64,000 nucleotides of DNA from Raillietiella orientalis (Eukaryota). Where the stretch lies: NCBI GenBank assembly GCA_036172245.1, contig JAYWIR010000001.1, positions 9,734,001 to 9,798,000 on the forward strand, read 5' to 3'. Shown here one piece after another: positions 1 to 11,900 of the stretch. The notes beneath the pieces are model-generated. The model saw nothing but the letters and a program-made list of their open reading frames with translations. It was not told the DNA's origin and did no database searches. Position numbers and translations under genes: made by a program. The first letter of the stretch is position 1. Each line of letters begins with the position of its first letter.

Positions 1-58
1 ACCATAGTTATACAATATCCTGAATGAAAAGCACTCGGTTTGATAAAGTCTGCTGGCA

Positions 59-592
59 TCACACATAGGTCACCCAATTACTTCCATCTTCTGGACCAAG
101 GTAACCACATATGAGTAACACTATGTCTGTAATCCACCATATTCCTAATCCACCAAGAGTTAACAATTTGCCCACAGCCATGCCTGTATATCCAAGACAA
201 AATCTGTCCATGCCCAAGAATCCCATTAAGAGACTATACAACAAGGTTGTTGTAAACAGATGACCTGTATATCGTATGCATGGTATACCATCCTTGAAAA
301 ATGTGCGGGGCCCGAAGCACTCAATATTTGGCAAAACTGTACATTTTACCGATGTATGTTCAACTTCATGATACTTTTGACCTCCAAATTTCACACAACC
401 ATAATTAAGTTGTTCACGTAAAGTTTCATTTCCATGAAGATCTTCGGGTTCATCACAATCAAGAAATTCCAAAGGTAGGAAGGAGCAGTTCACTAAGGCG
501 GAATGGGGCTCGTAAACTGCTCCACAACTTTCATTGAAGCAAGGCTGTTTTGCCAGTACTGTGCAGACAAAACTTAACAATAGAATATACAT
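59..592 (-). CDS. TM2D2: TM2 domain-containing protein (TM2D2/amaretto-like), 177 aa
   Basis: Uninterrupted ORF with an N-terminal signal peptide, a Cys-rich ectodomain (LPLEFLDC...YGCVKFGG...[13 protein letters not shown]) and the TM2 domain ([44 protein letters not shown]), ending PEDGSNW. Confidence 0.93.
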   Translation of the reverse strand: MYILLLSFVCTVLAKQPCFNESCGAVYEPHSALVNCSFLPLEFLDCDEPEDLHGNETLREQLNYGCVKFGGQKYHEVEHTSVKCTVLPNIECFGPRTFFKDGIPCIRYTGHLFTTTLLYSLLMGFLGMDRFCLGYTGMAVGKLLTLGGLGIWWITDIVLLICGYLGPEDGSNWVTYV

Positions 593-699
593 ATAAAGGG
601 AATTCCTTTCCTATGATACAAAGATATTTCACGAAACAAGCAGGCCTATCAACACATCCAATTTAACGAGGTTGCCTGAACGGTTTCCGTTTCTCCTAA

Positions 700-1010
700 G
701 TGCTCACGTTAGATGCACGTCCTCGGAGATAACGTGTTTTCATTACTTCTAAACATCCCTTTTGCTGAAAAACATTATGCATTTCTTACTCTTACCTGCT
801 GCGATGCTTGTAAACTGCTGCATTGCACCTAGCAGGGGTACGTTTCAGAAAATCACCACTGAACAGCCACATCTCGGGTGCAGCAACTTCTTCCCGTGCA
901 CGTCAACAGCCCCGCGCACTTCTGCCAAACTTTTTCTCTTAAGACTATCCACTCCACCCCAATGGGCTGCAGTGCCGTTTTGCCTTCAGCAGCAAGGTAA
1001 ACCACGAAAA
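700..1010. promoter_or_regulatory. CpG-containing patch upstream of the TM2D2-like gene, candidate promoter
   Basis: Local cluster of CpG/ACGT words (cacgtt, cacgtc, cccgcgc) in otherwise CpG-poor DNA, directly 5' of the minus-strand gene. Positional inference only. Confidence 0.3.
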
Positions 1011-2039
1011 CTTGAAAAATAAAAACCCTGTTTTCAAATGATTTTCTCTGAGCGTGTTTTTCTGGGGGGGGGGGAGGAGGAAATCGTTTTGAAAAGATAA
1101 TGGGAGTGCTTAGGCTTTACCAAGCCCGAGCTCTGATGGTTTGGCACATTCTTAGAATCACTGGGATCTTAGCAATTTATCTACTGCTCCAGTTTTTTGT
1201 TTTTTTCCTTCTTTTGCACATACATTGAAAATGCACAGTTGTGCTAGTGCCACAGAAGACATGAATTCGGTATGCTTAAGTTTTCGGGGCAATGACATGT
1301 TTCAAGCTAGAAAAGCAAGAAAAGTTTGATGTGTATTTATAAATGTAAACCGTCCAAGAGGGATTTCAAAGTAATCCCTAGTGCAAATAAATCCAGCAAT
1401 ACATTTTCCGTGTAACTATCTAATTCACTTTTACGCAGCGTTTGTTTATTCAGTTGGTTTAGCTTGCTGGCTTTATGAACAGCATCATTCAAAAACATTT
1501 CTTGATGTGCATGATACTCTAACGGTGATTAGCTATAACAGCTGCAATAGTTCATCCCTATTGCAAACCTTCCAATGTTCTCTTCAGAGTAAGTTAACCT
1601 GAAATCAATTAATCCGCACAGAGTACACTATGATTCATCGGAATGACAGAGGAAACAGGATTCATGTAAATTGTCCACGAAATATAAGGTCGGAAATGTG
1701 GAAAAGATGCCTTTATTCCTTAAATGCCTTTTTAATCCCATGATTTACAAGTTCAATAAGTTGCAGCACAAAATGATCAAAACCTTATATTGTCATCCAA
1801 ATACGCACCACTTGGAATCCGAACTGAGTAATAGTAGAAAAAAATACATTCCGAGAAACAAATCGCTTGATGCAATGTTTCTTGCTGCATTTATTGATTG
1901 TCATTATTTCCTTTGTTTTTAAAACTCACATCTTCAAAAGTGGCATAGATGTAGTAAAGCATTCTTTATCACTGATTTTAAAACAAGTCAAATTGGAAAT
2001 AAGAAACGAGTGTCTTTAAAATAAGGAAGGATAGGGGCG

Positions 2040-2790
2040 TGTGGTTACGGTGGTCTCCGAGCGTGGCACCATGAGCACTCAGAAGGAATCGACTCAGTGC
2101 GTCGTGGGCTCCGACTTCACCCCACAAGATGACGCTGGTTGGCCTAGATTCGTCCGAGTGCGGCACTGGTAGCGGTTAAAACCGGATGACTCCGATGAGG
2201 GCAGGGACAAATGGGAGTCGACCTCCGGGTCATTCCAGGAATCAAGGAGAGGGGAGCTCCCCCTCCGGTTGTGAACGAGCGGACCCCCCATTCCGGAGGA
2301 CCCTCCGCGTCGGACTGATGGAGTAGGTGTGTCGCCACCACCTCTCCAGAGAGTGCAGAGAAACCAGCCGATCCCTTCGGGGAAGCTGCGTCCTTCTGAA
2401 TTTCGGAAGCGTCCCTTCGGGGTTCTCTTCAGAAGAGTAAACAGGAGCGGATCCCTTGCGGGGGATCCATCTGGAGAAGAAATTCCTGGATCGGATCCTT
2501 TCCGGGTTCCCTTCAGTGAAGAAAAAATGGAGCGGACCCTCCCGGGGGTCCTCCGGAGAGAATAAGGGAGGAGAATTCCCTTCTGGATTCCCCTTCGGAG
2601 ACAACCAGGGTGGAGGTGATCTCCATTTCCGGGGATCTCTCCCCAGGCATGAGAGGAACGGACTCCGAGTCCTTCCTGGATTCATAGGGCGGATCCCTCC
2701 CGGGAAATTCTATCTTGAAGAATACCCACCTCGGGTGGAGTGGAACCGTGTCGAAGAACTGCGAAGGCAGAAAAGGATTTCCATCACAGC
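2040..2790 (+). mobile_element. GC-rich structured insertion made of a tandem hairpin array (SINE-like or LTR-like, unclassified)
   Basis: Sharp GC island in AT-rich DNA. Starts TGTGG and ends ATCACA(GC). Flanked by AGGGGCG (2033-2039) and AGGGGTG (2791-2797). Contains more than 12 stem-loops. Diverged homolog at 16320-16808. Confidence 0.7.
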
Positions 2791-5700
2791 AGGGGTGCTT
2801 TATTGAAAGTCTCAATCCTCACTAATATATGTATTGATGTATAGAATAATTTCAGAAAAAATAACTTTGATTTTAATTATAAGTTTACAGTATCTGGGAA
2901 TTGTGCAATAAAAATACAGATATAGATCATTCTCAATTGTTATTATTTATTTTTCTGGGCTACTTCTGGTTTATATTTCTCCTCCAAGAGAAGAACGGAG
3001 ATTCTGAAAAGTTTGTCATTTTTGATATTGCTTGTTCTTATCAGAATGTGTTTCCGTGTTCTGAAATGAGCATCCGAAGGATTTGAAAATTAATAGTTAT
3101 CAGTTTTGTTGTAAATGTAAATTTCTTTTATTTATGCTTAGGCAACAGTTACCAAAAATACTTTTGTTTGAAAAAAAAAAGAACTTCATAGAACCAAGTG
3201 TACTACAAAAGATTATTTCGAATCACTTATTTTTAATTCACTTAAGAAGAATGACTATGAATTGCAGTTTTTTCCCTTCAAAATTCAAGTGCCGAAATGT
3301 GTTGGAGTTATGCAAGGTACACATCATTATTTCGAGCATACTACACATATATCTTCTATCTTAGAAATCTCTATGTTGAAAATCATCTTAGCCTGTTCAT
3401 GAGGAACAATGCTTCAATGTTTCTTTAGGTAGACAGAAACAGCACCTATTCTCCAACACATATTTGTCAAGTTTGATTTTTCACACATTTATCGAAACTT
3501 GCTTTAACTAACAAGTTCGAAAACGGTTTTATTATTTTATTTCTTTTAGAGCATAAGGCCGTAACAAGGAAGATTAATTATTCTGTTTCATTTCTGAAGT
3601 GATGATCAATAAAACCAAACACATCAACATGAACATTAGGTGAGTAAGCTAATGGCACTGTAAGAATCTTTGAATGCAGACAAAGGTAATTTCTAAAAAG
3701 TCCATATACTTACCAAAATTAAAAACCATCTCTGCAGAAATGAAACAGAATCACATTTGCTTAGATTCACAAATACAATCCTTACTTGAAATCAAGAGTA
3801 CATTATTTAAACAAGATCCAATTGATATTCCCTTTCTACTTTATTTTTCGTCATCTCCAATATTGGTCAAAGCTTCCATTGGAATCTAAATTGCTTTTCC
3901 CCTTAAATGCCTCTTCCACGGTAATCTGATTCGCTTTTCTCATTTCTGATATTGTCGGTTTTCCGATCTCTGATACTGAATTAGCTGCAAATGCGCTTGT
4001 ATTTGATTCTTGCAAGATAATTTTTATATATATTTAGATGATTTGGGGGAAAAGTCAACTACTCTTCAAAGTGCTTCCTCTCATTGATAAACTGTGTATT
4101 CAATATGCTAAATAGAAATATAAATTGCTTTCATTTCTATTTGAAATACGCTAATATACTGAATATCCCTCATATTAAATAAAAATGCAATTTTAAAATG
4201 TTTAATTATTAATGATTTGAGTGATTTGACATGATCTTCTGAAGTGTCTAAAATTATGCATATTTAAGAGAGCAAACAGGCAGAGTCACAGAATGATCGT
4301 CTTTTTGTGTGTGAAGAGAGAAGAAAAGATATATTAGAAGAGCTTTATTAGAGCTATGAAAATTTCATTAGCTTTTTTCAATTGATGGCTTACTACCCAT
4401 TCTGTTTACGATACTTTTGGACTTCGATAAGTTTGAGCTTACGCAAAAATGGGGCTTTAATTCATATCAAATTTTGAATAATGAAATGTATTCGATTTAA
4501 GTTCCTCTTATTTTATTTGATGTTATATGCACTGCATTCATATTTCCTTTTTGTTTTCAAATAATTAGACTTTAATACAATTTGAATTCTGAGAAATTTA
4601 TATCATTATTACCAAAATAATGTGCATTTTTGTTTTGACCAGGAAAATGCAGTACAGAAAAGTTTTTTAAATATGTCTAATTTGAGATCTCTAATTAAAT
4701 ATAGAATTTTTGCACAATCTGTAATATCATATAAAGCGTTTTTCCTTTTTCTTTCTACTATATTGGAATTTATAAATACAAAAAGTTTATGATTTCGCTT
4801 ATTACAGAGAACTTGTTGAGCTATAAGAAACACACTAATAAAACAATACCAACGGATATTATTTTATTAATTATTTTTTGCTTCTACAGACCTAAATTTT
4901 TTGGGAAAGTAAATTTCATTGATTGCTCATCTGAATTCGAAATATACATTATGGTAAGTGGTAACTGCGCCACATGAATTCAAAACTGTCACGGATACCT
5001 CTAGAAAGAACATGGAGGGAACTCAACAAAGTGTGTTGTATTCGTTAAACATTGTTTACGGTATTATCACTTACGAGTAGTAAAGTGTATATGTGATATA
5101 GTATTGTTATTTGTTATATAATGAATTAGTATTTTATTATACGGTAGTAGATTTAGATCGTAGCGTGTTTTCAATTACTTGTATTGTAAGCATCGGAGGT
5201 TGTAATCAGCCAATGCATGTAAAACTCTAATTCGTGTTTCCTTTCGTTACTGTTTTGGATGGATTATTTGGCGAGCCAGCTTTATATTTTCATTTATGAC
5301 CAAATAGCATCTCATCCAACATATGTAATAAATTGTGTGGAATTTATGTTATTGTATACTTTATAGCAGTTTTTGTGCTTAGTTTTATGGAACTTTTAGA
5401 TGAGTCTCTTGGTTCATAATACTCAAGCTTTTTGAGTAAAATTTACTCTAGTATCCTTTTTTGTTCATTTGAGAAGAGTGATCTCCGTTTTTATGAAATG
5501 CAGTCATGGGAGAGCAATAGCTTGTTTCTTTTTATACAGTGTATACAGTGTAGCAAGGTATTGCGTTGTTGATGCTCGAAGTTTAGCAAACAGAGTTGGT
5601 ATTTAAAATGGGTGACTTATGTTGATTATAATATATTACATAAAATTCGCATTACATAAATATTACATAAAAGTTTCCCTTCAGTTTTTTTTGAATCTTT

Positions 5701-5919
5701 TTTATTGTACAGAAAATGAAACTCCTTACAACCCGAATTACTTGATTTTTGCCTGCTTTAATTTTTTTTGAGATTTGCATGTTGGGGTTATTGGTCATTA
5801 ATTTTGCAGTAGTACTATACTATATTTGTTTACATTAAGCTACTGTAATGTTAATGATTCTTTTGTAAATAATTTTTCCAAATTGAAGCTTCAAAAAAGT
5901 GATTTTATAATGGAATACG

Positions 5920-8900
5920 ATGGGAGAAACTGTGGATGTATTATCCAAAAAGTGTTGTAATTGTTCAGAATTGCCATTAGAAACTGTTGGGAAGACTAAA
6001 GTCTATGTAAAGTGAGTGAATCAAACCATTAAATTTTTCTGCATTGTATTGATTTCCCTGTAACTAAAAAATCAGACGAATAGTTTGGAGGAAACAAATC
6101 AGAAAACTTCGTCGTCAAAAAAGGCGTCAAAAATTAGCAAAAGCATTATCTGCAGAACGTTTGAAAGGTTAGTTTATTAATTACTTGGGTATTATACATA
6201 TTGTGCATCATCACAGTGTTTTATAAAAGTATTTTATTTGGAATTGAACAACTTCTATTGCTGGTTACATAGCTCTAATGTTTCAATTATATAAAAAGTA
6301 TAGGAAAGTTTGTTTGCTTTTATTTAATCAGCAGATCCAAATTAAAGCTTCTGATGTGTAATTTACAGTGCATTTACAGGCACAACATCATTCCAGTTGT
6401 GCACATTTTTAAGAAGTCTAGTGCGTTAACTTTGTAATTCTTTTGATTGCATATGTGTATGTGTAGGTATTCAGAAAACTTCTTTGCTATGCAATCAAGT
6501 AGTCATGGTTTTTAAGTTTGTATCAGTATTTAATGAACTGTATCTTACACTGAACTCGTCATGAATGTGCCTTGAAATTATTTAAATTTACGAAATGACC
6601 CTTTGATTTTGTAACATTGAGTTGCATGCAATCACAATCAGTAAGGTCAGCTATTTGTACCTAGCAATACATTGTCTAATAAGATTAGTAAGATTGAGTT
6701 TGCCATTGTGAAGTAAATCCAAGTACATGTCTTTGAGTGGGTGTATGCAAATGTCAGTGTGAAGTTGAAGAGGTGCTAGTGATAAAAAATTGATGTATAA
6801 CTGAAGTTATAAAGGAAACAGGAAATTCATACTATTCAATGAATTGTCTTGGTTAATGTTTTCAAAGGGATTTCAAGCCCTACTCCATTTCAAAGAATGG
6901 GTTGCCCTGTTAGATCCTGTGAGTATGTATTCATTTATGAGGTGTTTTCAGTTATTATCAGAGGAAACAGTACTAGGTAAATAACTTAATTACAAAAGCG
7001 AATCTTTTGTATGTTCTTAAGATCTTCAGATATGCTCATGTGTAAGTATTTGGTTGAATCATTTTATTTTGATTCGATGTGAAGTATCCAATTTTTCATT
7101 GGATCTTGAATTTTGTTATTGAGAATTTAAGTTTTTGAGAATGCAGCCATTGCATTCAAGTATTCATTTGTGTCATTAATGAGCATCTTTACTATCGTTA
7201 ATTAAAAATCTTAATGGCTTCTTAGAAGATTATCTTGATTTTTTATGTATATTTGATTGATTTATGCATGAACAAGTAGTGTAGCAGTCAGATTAGCATT
7301 TATGTAGTTGAAAATAAATGTTGGGGTTTCTTTAGTTTTCTTTTTTTTAGTGTGTGTGTGCATCAGCCGTTTTTATGTATTTGATTGAAAACATTTGTCT
7401 CTATGGAGTTCATTTATACAGTATCAAAGTCAAGATGTGCTAACACACCCTGTAAGGTCATGGATATCCACTATGTAGCAATTGTTTTTTTTTTTTTTTT
7501 TTTTCGTTGTATTGGAATTCCCATTGGTCTGCCATTGATAGTATGCTTAAAGTATATACAGAATACTCAGATTAATCATGAAAGTAGATCTGCTTCCAGC
7601 TTGTTTTTTTGTCAATTTTTTTTATCAATTTAATTCTGGATGTCATTTTGAAGATTTTCCTTGGTTTTTGAAAGAGAGCCTTGTGCCTTATTTATTTTCG
7701 CCTTTTTATTATCCTAGTTATTGTCGATGCTTTTTATGTTGTTTACATTCTCAAGAAGCATATTCGATGTTCAGGTATTCTGTTTACAGCTACAGTTATC
7801 AGTGTTCAATTTTGCAGTTCATGAGAACTTTGAAGCACCTAGAAAATAATGCGATTGAGTTGGTAAAGGTGTGTGAAATCTTAATATTTTTGTTGAGCTG
7901 ATTCAGTCATCTTTGCTCATCAATACTTATACAAAGAAAATTTTCAGGGATACATTATATCATGCTTAAGTAAGCATTAAGTTAGATCCCAAGCATATAA
8001 GTCTCATTAAGTAAATCTCAGCTTTTAGAAATTGATTCTTTCGAGCATATAATTTTTTTGATTTATGCATGTTAACTGACTAAATCTGTTGTACAGAAGT
8101 TAGTTTCTTTTGTATGCAAATATCAGAAATGATCGTTAAATTTCCAAATTAATGAATTATAAAATCATTAAAATAAAGTTATGAGTAATAGGAAATTTTC
8201 AGTTTTATATTCTATCTTGTCCCATTCGTTTTCCTGTAAGACATAGCATTTATTTGTATAGTACTTTTATAATGAAATGCTTATGTTGCGTAGAGATTTG
8301 ATACATAGTGTACTAGTGTTATTTTCAGTAAATCAAATTCTGTTCTTAATAATTGGCATAATAATTGCAAAATACTGTAAATTAGTGGCTACACTCACAT
8401 ATGTATCATTTCATTTATGTAAAGCATGAAATGTAGTTCGTGCATTGCTACATCACTAGTGTATATTCATGATGCTACTGTGTTGAGTGTTTTTCACCAT
8501 TGGTGTACTACAGAAATTTTGACAGAAACATGCAAGTAGCTTTAATTTTGAAATTTTTAATTAAGAAAAGTAGGTTTTGTAGAAAAATAGCATGCATTGT
8601 CCAGGGGTTTGATAACTGTTGAACAATTTTATGGCATTTTTCATTTTTGGATTGTATTGGAGAGAACAGAAAAAGGTTTCCTCAGTTTGGTTAAAGAATC
8701 TGTCATATTAAGAAGTAAGTGACTTTGAATAAAAAGAAAAAAAATCAGTTGGTTAATCCAAATTATTACTGGGATTTTGTTTGTAAGATTATTCCTGTAA
8801 ACGTCAGTAATTCGTCCAAGGTTGCTGAAGTTGTAAAAACCTTACTTTCTTTGGCTATGGGGAAGCTGGTTGAAATTTGTTCATGGACTAATCAGTACAT

Positions 8901-11900
8901 TATAGCTCAGGAACGCAGAGAATCATCTCCCACGTATCAGCTTTGGATTTTGGAACAAGAAGAACTAGAACGCCAGCAGGAACAGATTCAAAGTGAATTG
9001 CAATTAAAGCTGCATCAGGAGTGGCTGGAAAGAGAAAAACAAGCACAAGCAGATTGGAATGAAAAGAGATGCAAGCAGCAAATGATGGATGCTAATAAAG
9101 AGGCTGAACAAGTAATAATGTTATTTGATGATCGTGTGAAATTAGTGCATCTAATCTGCTCTGTTACTAAATTAACGAATTTCAGAAAAAAATCCTTGAT
9201 GAATGGGAGGTGGAACTTCAACGACAACTGGAGGAGCAGGCTCGTCGGGAATCAAAGAAGAAGGAATACAAGGTGAATTGCTCTCTATGCTGCTGGGGTA
9301 GACAATTAATGGGAACATAACCCAACACATTTGTTGCTGCGTTGCCTTCCCCAAGTCTTCTATTGCTGCACCTGTTTTTTGCCCTGTCACTTTGCCCTTT
9401 GAGGGCTTTCCATGGGGCATCTTAGTTCATGCAGATCTTGTCAACCTTTGTTCTGTCCCAGGAGTCTCAGCTGCGTGATGCCTGGGCTGCTCTTGGACAG
9501 GTAGGATTCCATGTATACTGCAATGCCAGCCCTACGCTTGTGCAGGATCCCAGTCATAATCCAATGGCTCCCCATTTTTACTATACAGATGATGATCGGG
9601 AAACTTGCCCATTTTTCCTACGTACAGCAGCATGTCGTTTTGGAGACCGTTGTTCCCGGTTGGCCTGTACATTCTTATGTATTTGTATTAATGATATTTT
9701 TTGCAGATTGCATCCACCATGTACCAGTAGTCGTACTTTGCTTATTCCTAACATGTATTCTCATTTTCGTTTTGAGTCTATGAGAGATGAGTATGATACT
9801 GATCTTAATTTAGAATATGATGACCAAGAAACGTATCAGCATTTTATGTATGTAGAGTGCGAAGTATAAAGAATATTTCATCAGCATATCTTCTAAATAT
9901 TCTATAGAGATTTTTATGAAGATGTATTGCCAGAGTTGCGAGCTGCTGGGGAGGTTATTCAGTTCAAAGTTTGTTGTAACTACGAACCTCATTTGAGAGG
10001 GAATGTATATGTTCAGTATAATACAGAGGCTGAAGCTCGCAGAGCATATGCCACCTTCAATGGACGCTTTTATGCAGGACGTCAGCTGAGTCTTCGATTC
10101 GCCATTATTGATTCTTGGAAATCAGCCATCTGCGGTGGAATACCTGTTTTTATTATTCTGTTACCGAATTTTTGCATTGTAGGACTGTTTCATCGGAATC
10201 GCTGCCCCAAAGGAAAAGGTTGCAACTTCCTGCATGTTTTCAAGAATCCTAGAGATGAGTTCAGAGATGCAGACTTTGACTGGTCAGCACCCAAGTCAGA
10301 CAAGTAAGATGAAGAATATAATCTTCAGGTGAACAGGACGGCCTTTCAATTCTAGGAAAAGAGAACGCATGTCTCGGCGTCGTTCGAGAAAGTCGTATTC
10401 GAGGTCTAGATCCCACTCAGGAGAGAGCTCCCGAGCAGTGTCTCGCAGTCGCTCTGCTTCATACTCTCGCTCCCATAATACCTCGCATTCTCGTGCGAGA
10501 TCCCGATCCCAGTCAAAGTCAAGATCCAGTTCATATGGTGAGCTTTGATTTTCTTTCTTCGGGTAATGTTGTTCCTCAATCAGATTCATGTGGAGAGTCG
10601 GTGGCACGGTCTCCTAACCGGGAAAAAGTACGTCCTCACAAAGAGCCACGTTCTCACAGGCGATCCCGTTCACCTAATAATGATTCTGCTTGGAAAGGCC
10701 ATAAGGGATCACGGTCACATAGATCCGGATCACCCAGAAAAAATTACCGGGAGCGAAGATCGCGATCCCACCACAGAGGAAGGTCTCATTCACGACGATC
10801 GCGTTCAAGATCCCACGGAAAATCTCGGCATCATCATGCATCTCGATCTCGGCATTGGAAGCACAGATCACCTTCTTCTCTTGGTGCATACCGATCCAGG
10901 AATCGTGGCCGATCTCGAGCCGAACATCGTTCACGATCTCGATGCAAAAAAAGATACGACAGTTCAAGATCCCGCTCACCTTCAGGAAAAAAATCGCGAT
11001 CTTGTTCAAGACGCAAATCACCACTTGGCAATTCCTTTGCTGCTGCCCATTCACAAGTAGCTGATGGAAGGTTTCCTCAAGGATCGGCGGATGGAAAGCT
11101 TAATACATGTGTGGATCCTCAGCATGCTTATTTTGCAGGCTTTCCAACAGGAATGCAAGGCACAGAGTATCAGAGGCTGCTGACATATCCCAAGGATCCC
11201 AATATGCTTCTTGCTGGTGAAAGTGCCCTTCCTGGACCAATCCGTGGGAAACCAGGATTCCAGGCGGATGGTGGAAGAATTGTTTTCCATTCTCAAAAAG
11301 CAGCCACCAGTATCTGCAAGACAACTCCATCCTTGTTTCCCGTGCCAGTTGGTTCCCAGGAATACTCATCCTTGAATGCACAGAAATACGAGGATCGAGG
11401 TTTTCCTTTTGCTCCAGATGTGCAGCACGCTGAAACTGAGAGACATTCTGATAATGATCAGTTTGCATTTGCCCAGGAATCGAGCAAAAGCCAGCTGCTG
11501 ACACCATCAGAAGCTGAGGCCAGCCACGAGGATCATTTGCAGGACTCTTATCCTGCACAAGGGGTTTTGGAAAAAGAATTTTCCGCACATACCTTGCCAG
11601 CAGAAAATTATGGATTCTCTTCTGGAATGCAAATATCTACCTCACCCACGCGTTCTCCTGTTTCTGCAGTTTCTGTTGACGCCAAGGAAACTGCGGAAAT
11701 GGTGTCCGCCTCTCCACAGTCAGAAAGTTCCAGTTCTTCGGGTACTGAATCATCTTCTGAGGATGACTCACCGACGTTTCATCATCCTGAAACGAATGCA
11801 CCCACCAGCAACGTGGTTTCTGCAGGAAAAGCGCTCACTGATGCTTTGATTGTTACTTCAGGTAATCTGCACCTTGCGTCGCTGCGTAAATTGTTTTGTT

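Noticed and set aside
2040-2125. HDV-like ribozyme at the 5' end of the hairpin element
   Set aside because: A partial topology can be drawn, but P1 is only 5 bp, P1.1 lacks GG and J4/2 spacing is non-canonical. Not supported without a motif search.
2391-2437. Minus-strand CTGAAGA...GAAA, hammerhead-like core
   Set aside because: Stem II is imperfect, no stem I can be formed, the GAAA is not conserved in the 16 kb copies, and the segment is explained by a simple CTTCTGAA/TTCAGAAG hairpin.
2405-2725. CRISPR array
   Set aside because: Units are degenerate, linkers are short and similar to each other, there are no cas genes, and the context is eukaryotic.
2040-2790. Known ncRNA (7SK, SRP, RNase P/MRP, telomerase RNA) or an intact tRNA
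   Set aside because: I could not find their diagnostic motifs, a telomeric template or a full cloverleaf.
4890-4953. Coding first exon ending ATG|GTAAGT
   Set aside because: It has good splice signals, but no in-phase join to the ZRSR2 frame could be established, and an in-frame stop precedes the ATG at 5920. It is at most a possible 5' UTR exon.
10304-10328. 25-nt intron using the AG at 10327-10328
   Set aside because: It gives an immediate TGA. The AG at 10354-10355 restores the RS frame with a typical 52-nt intron.
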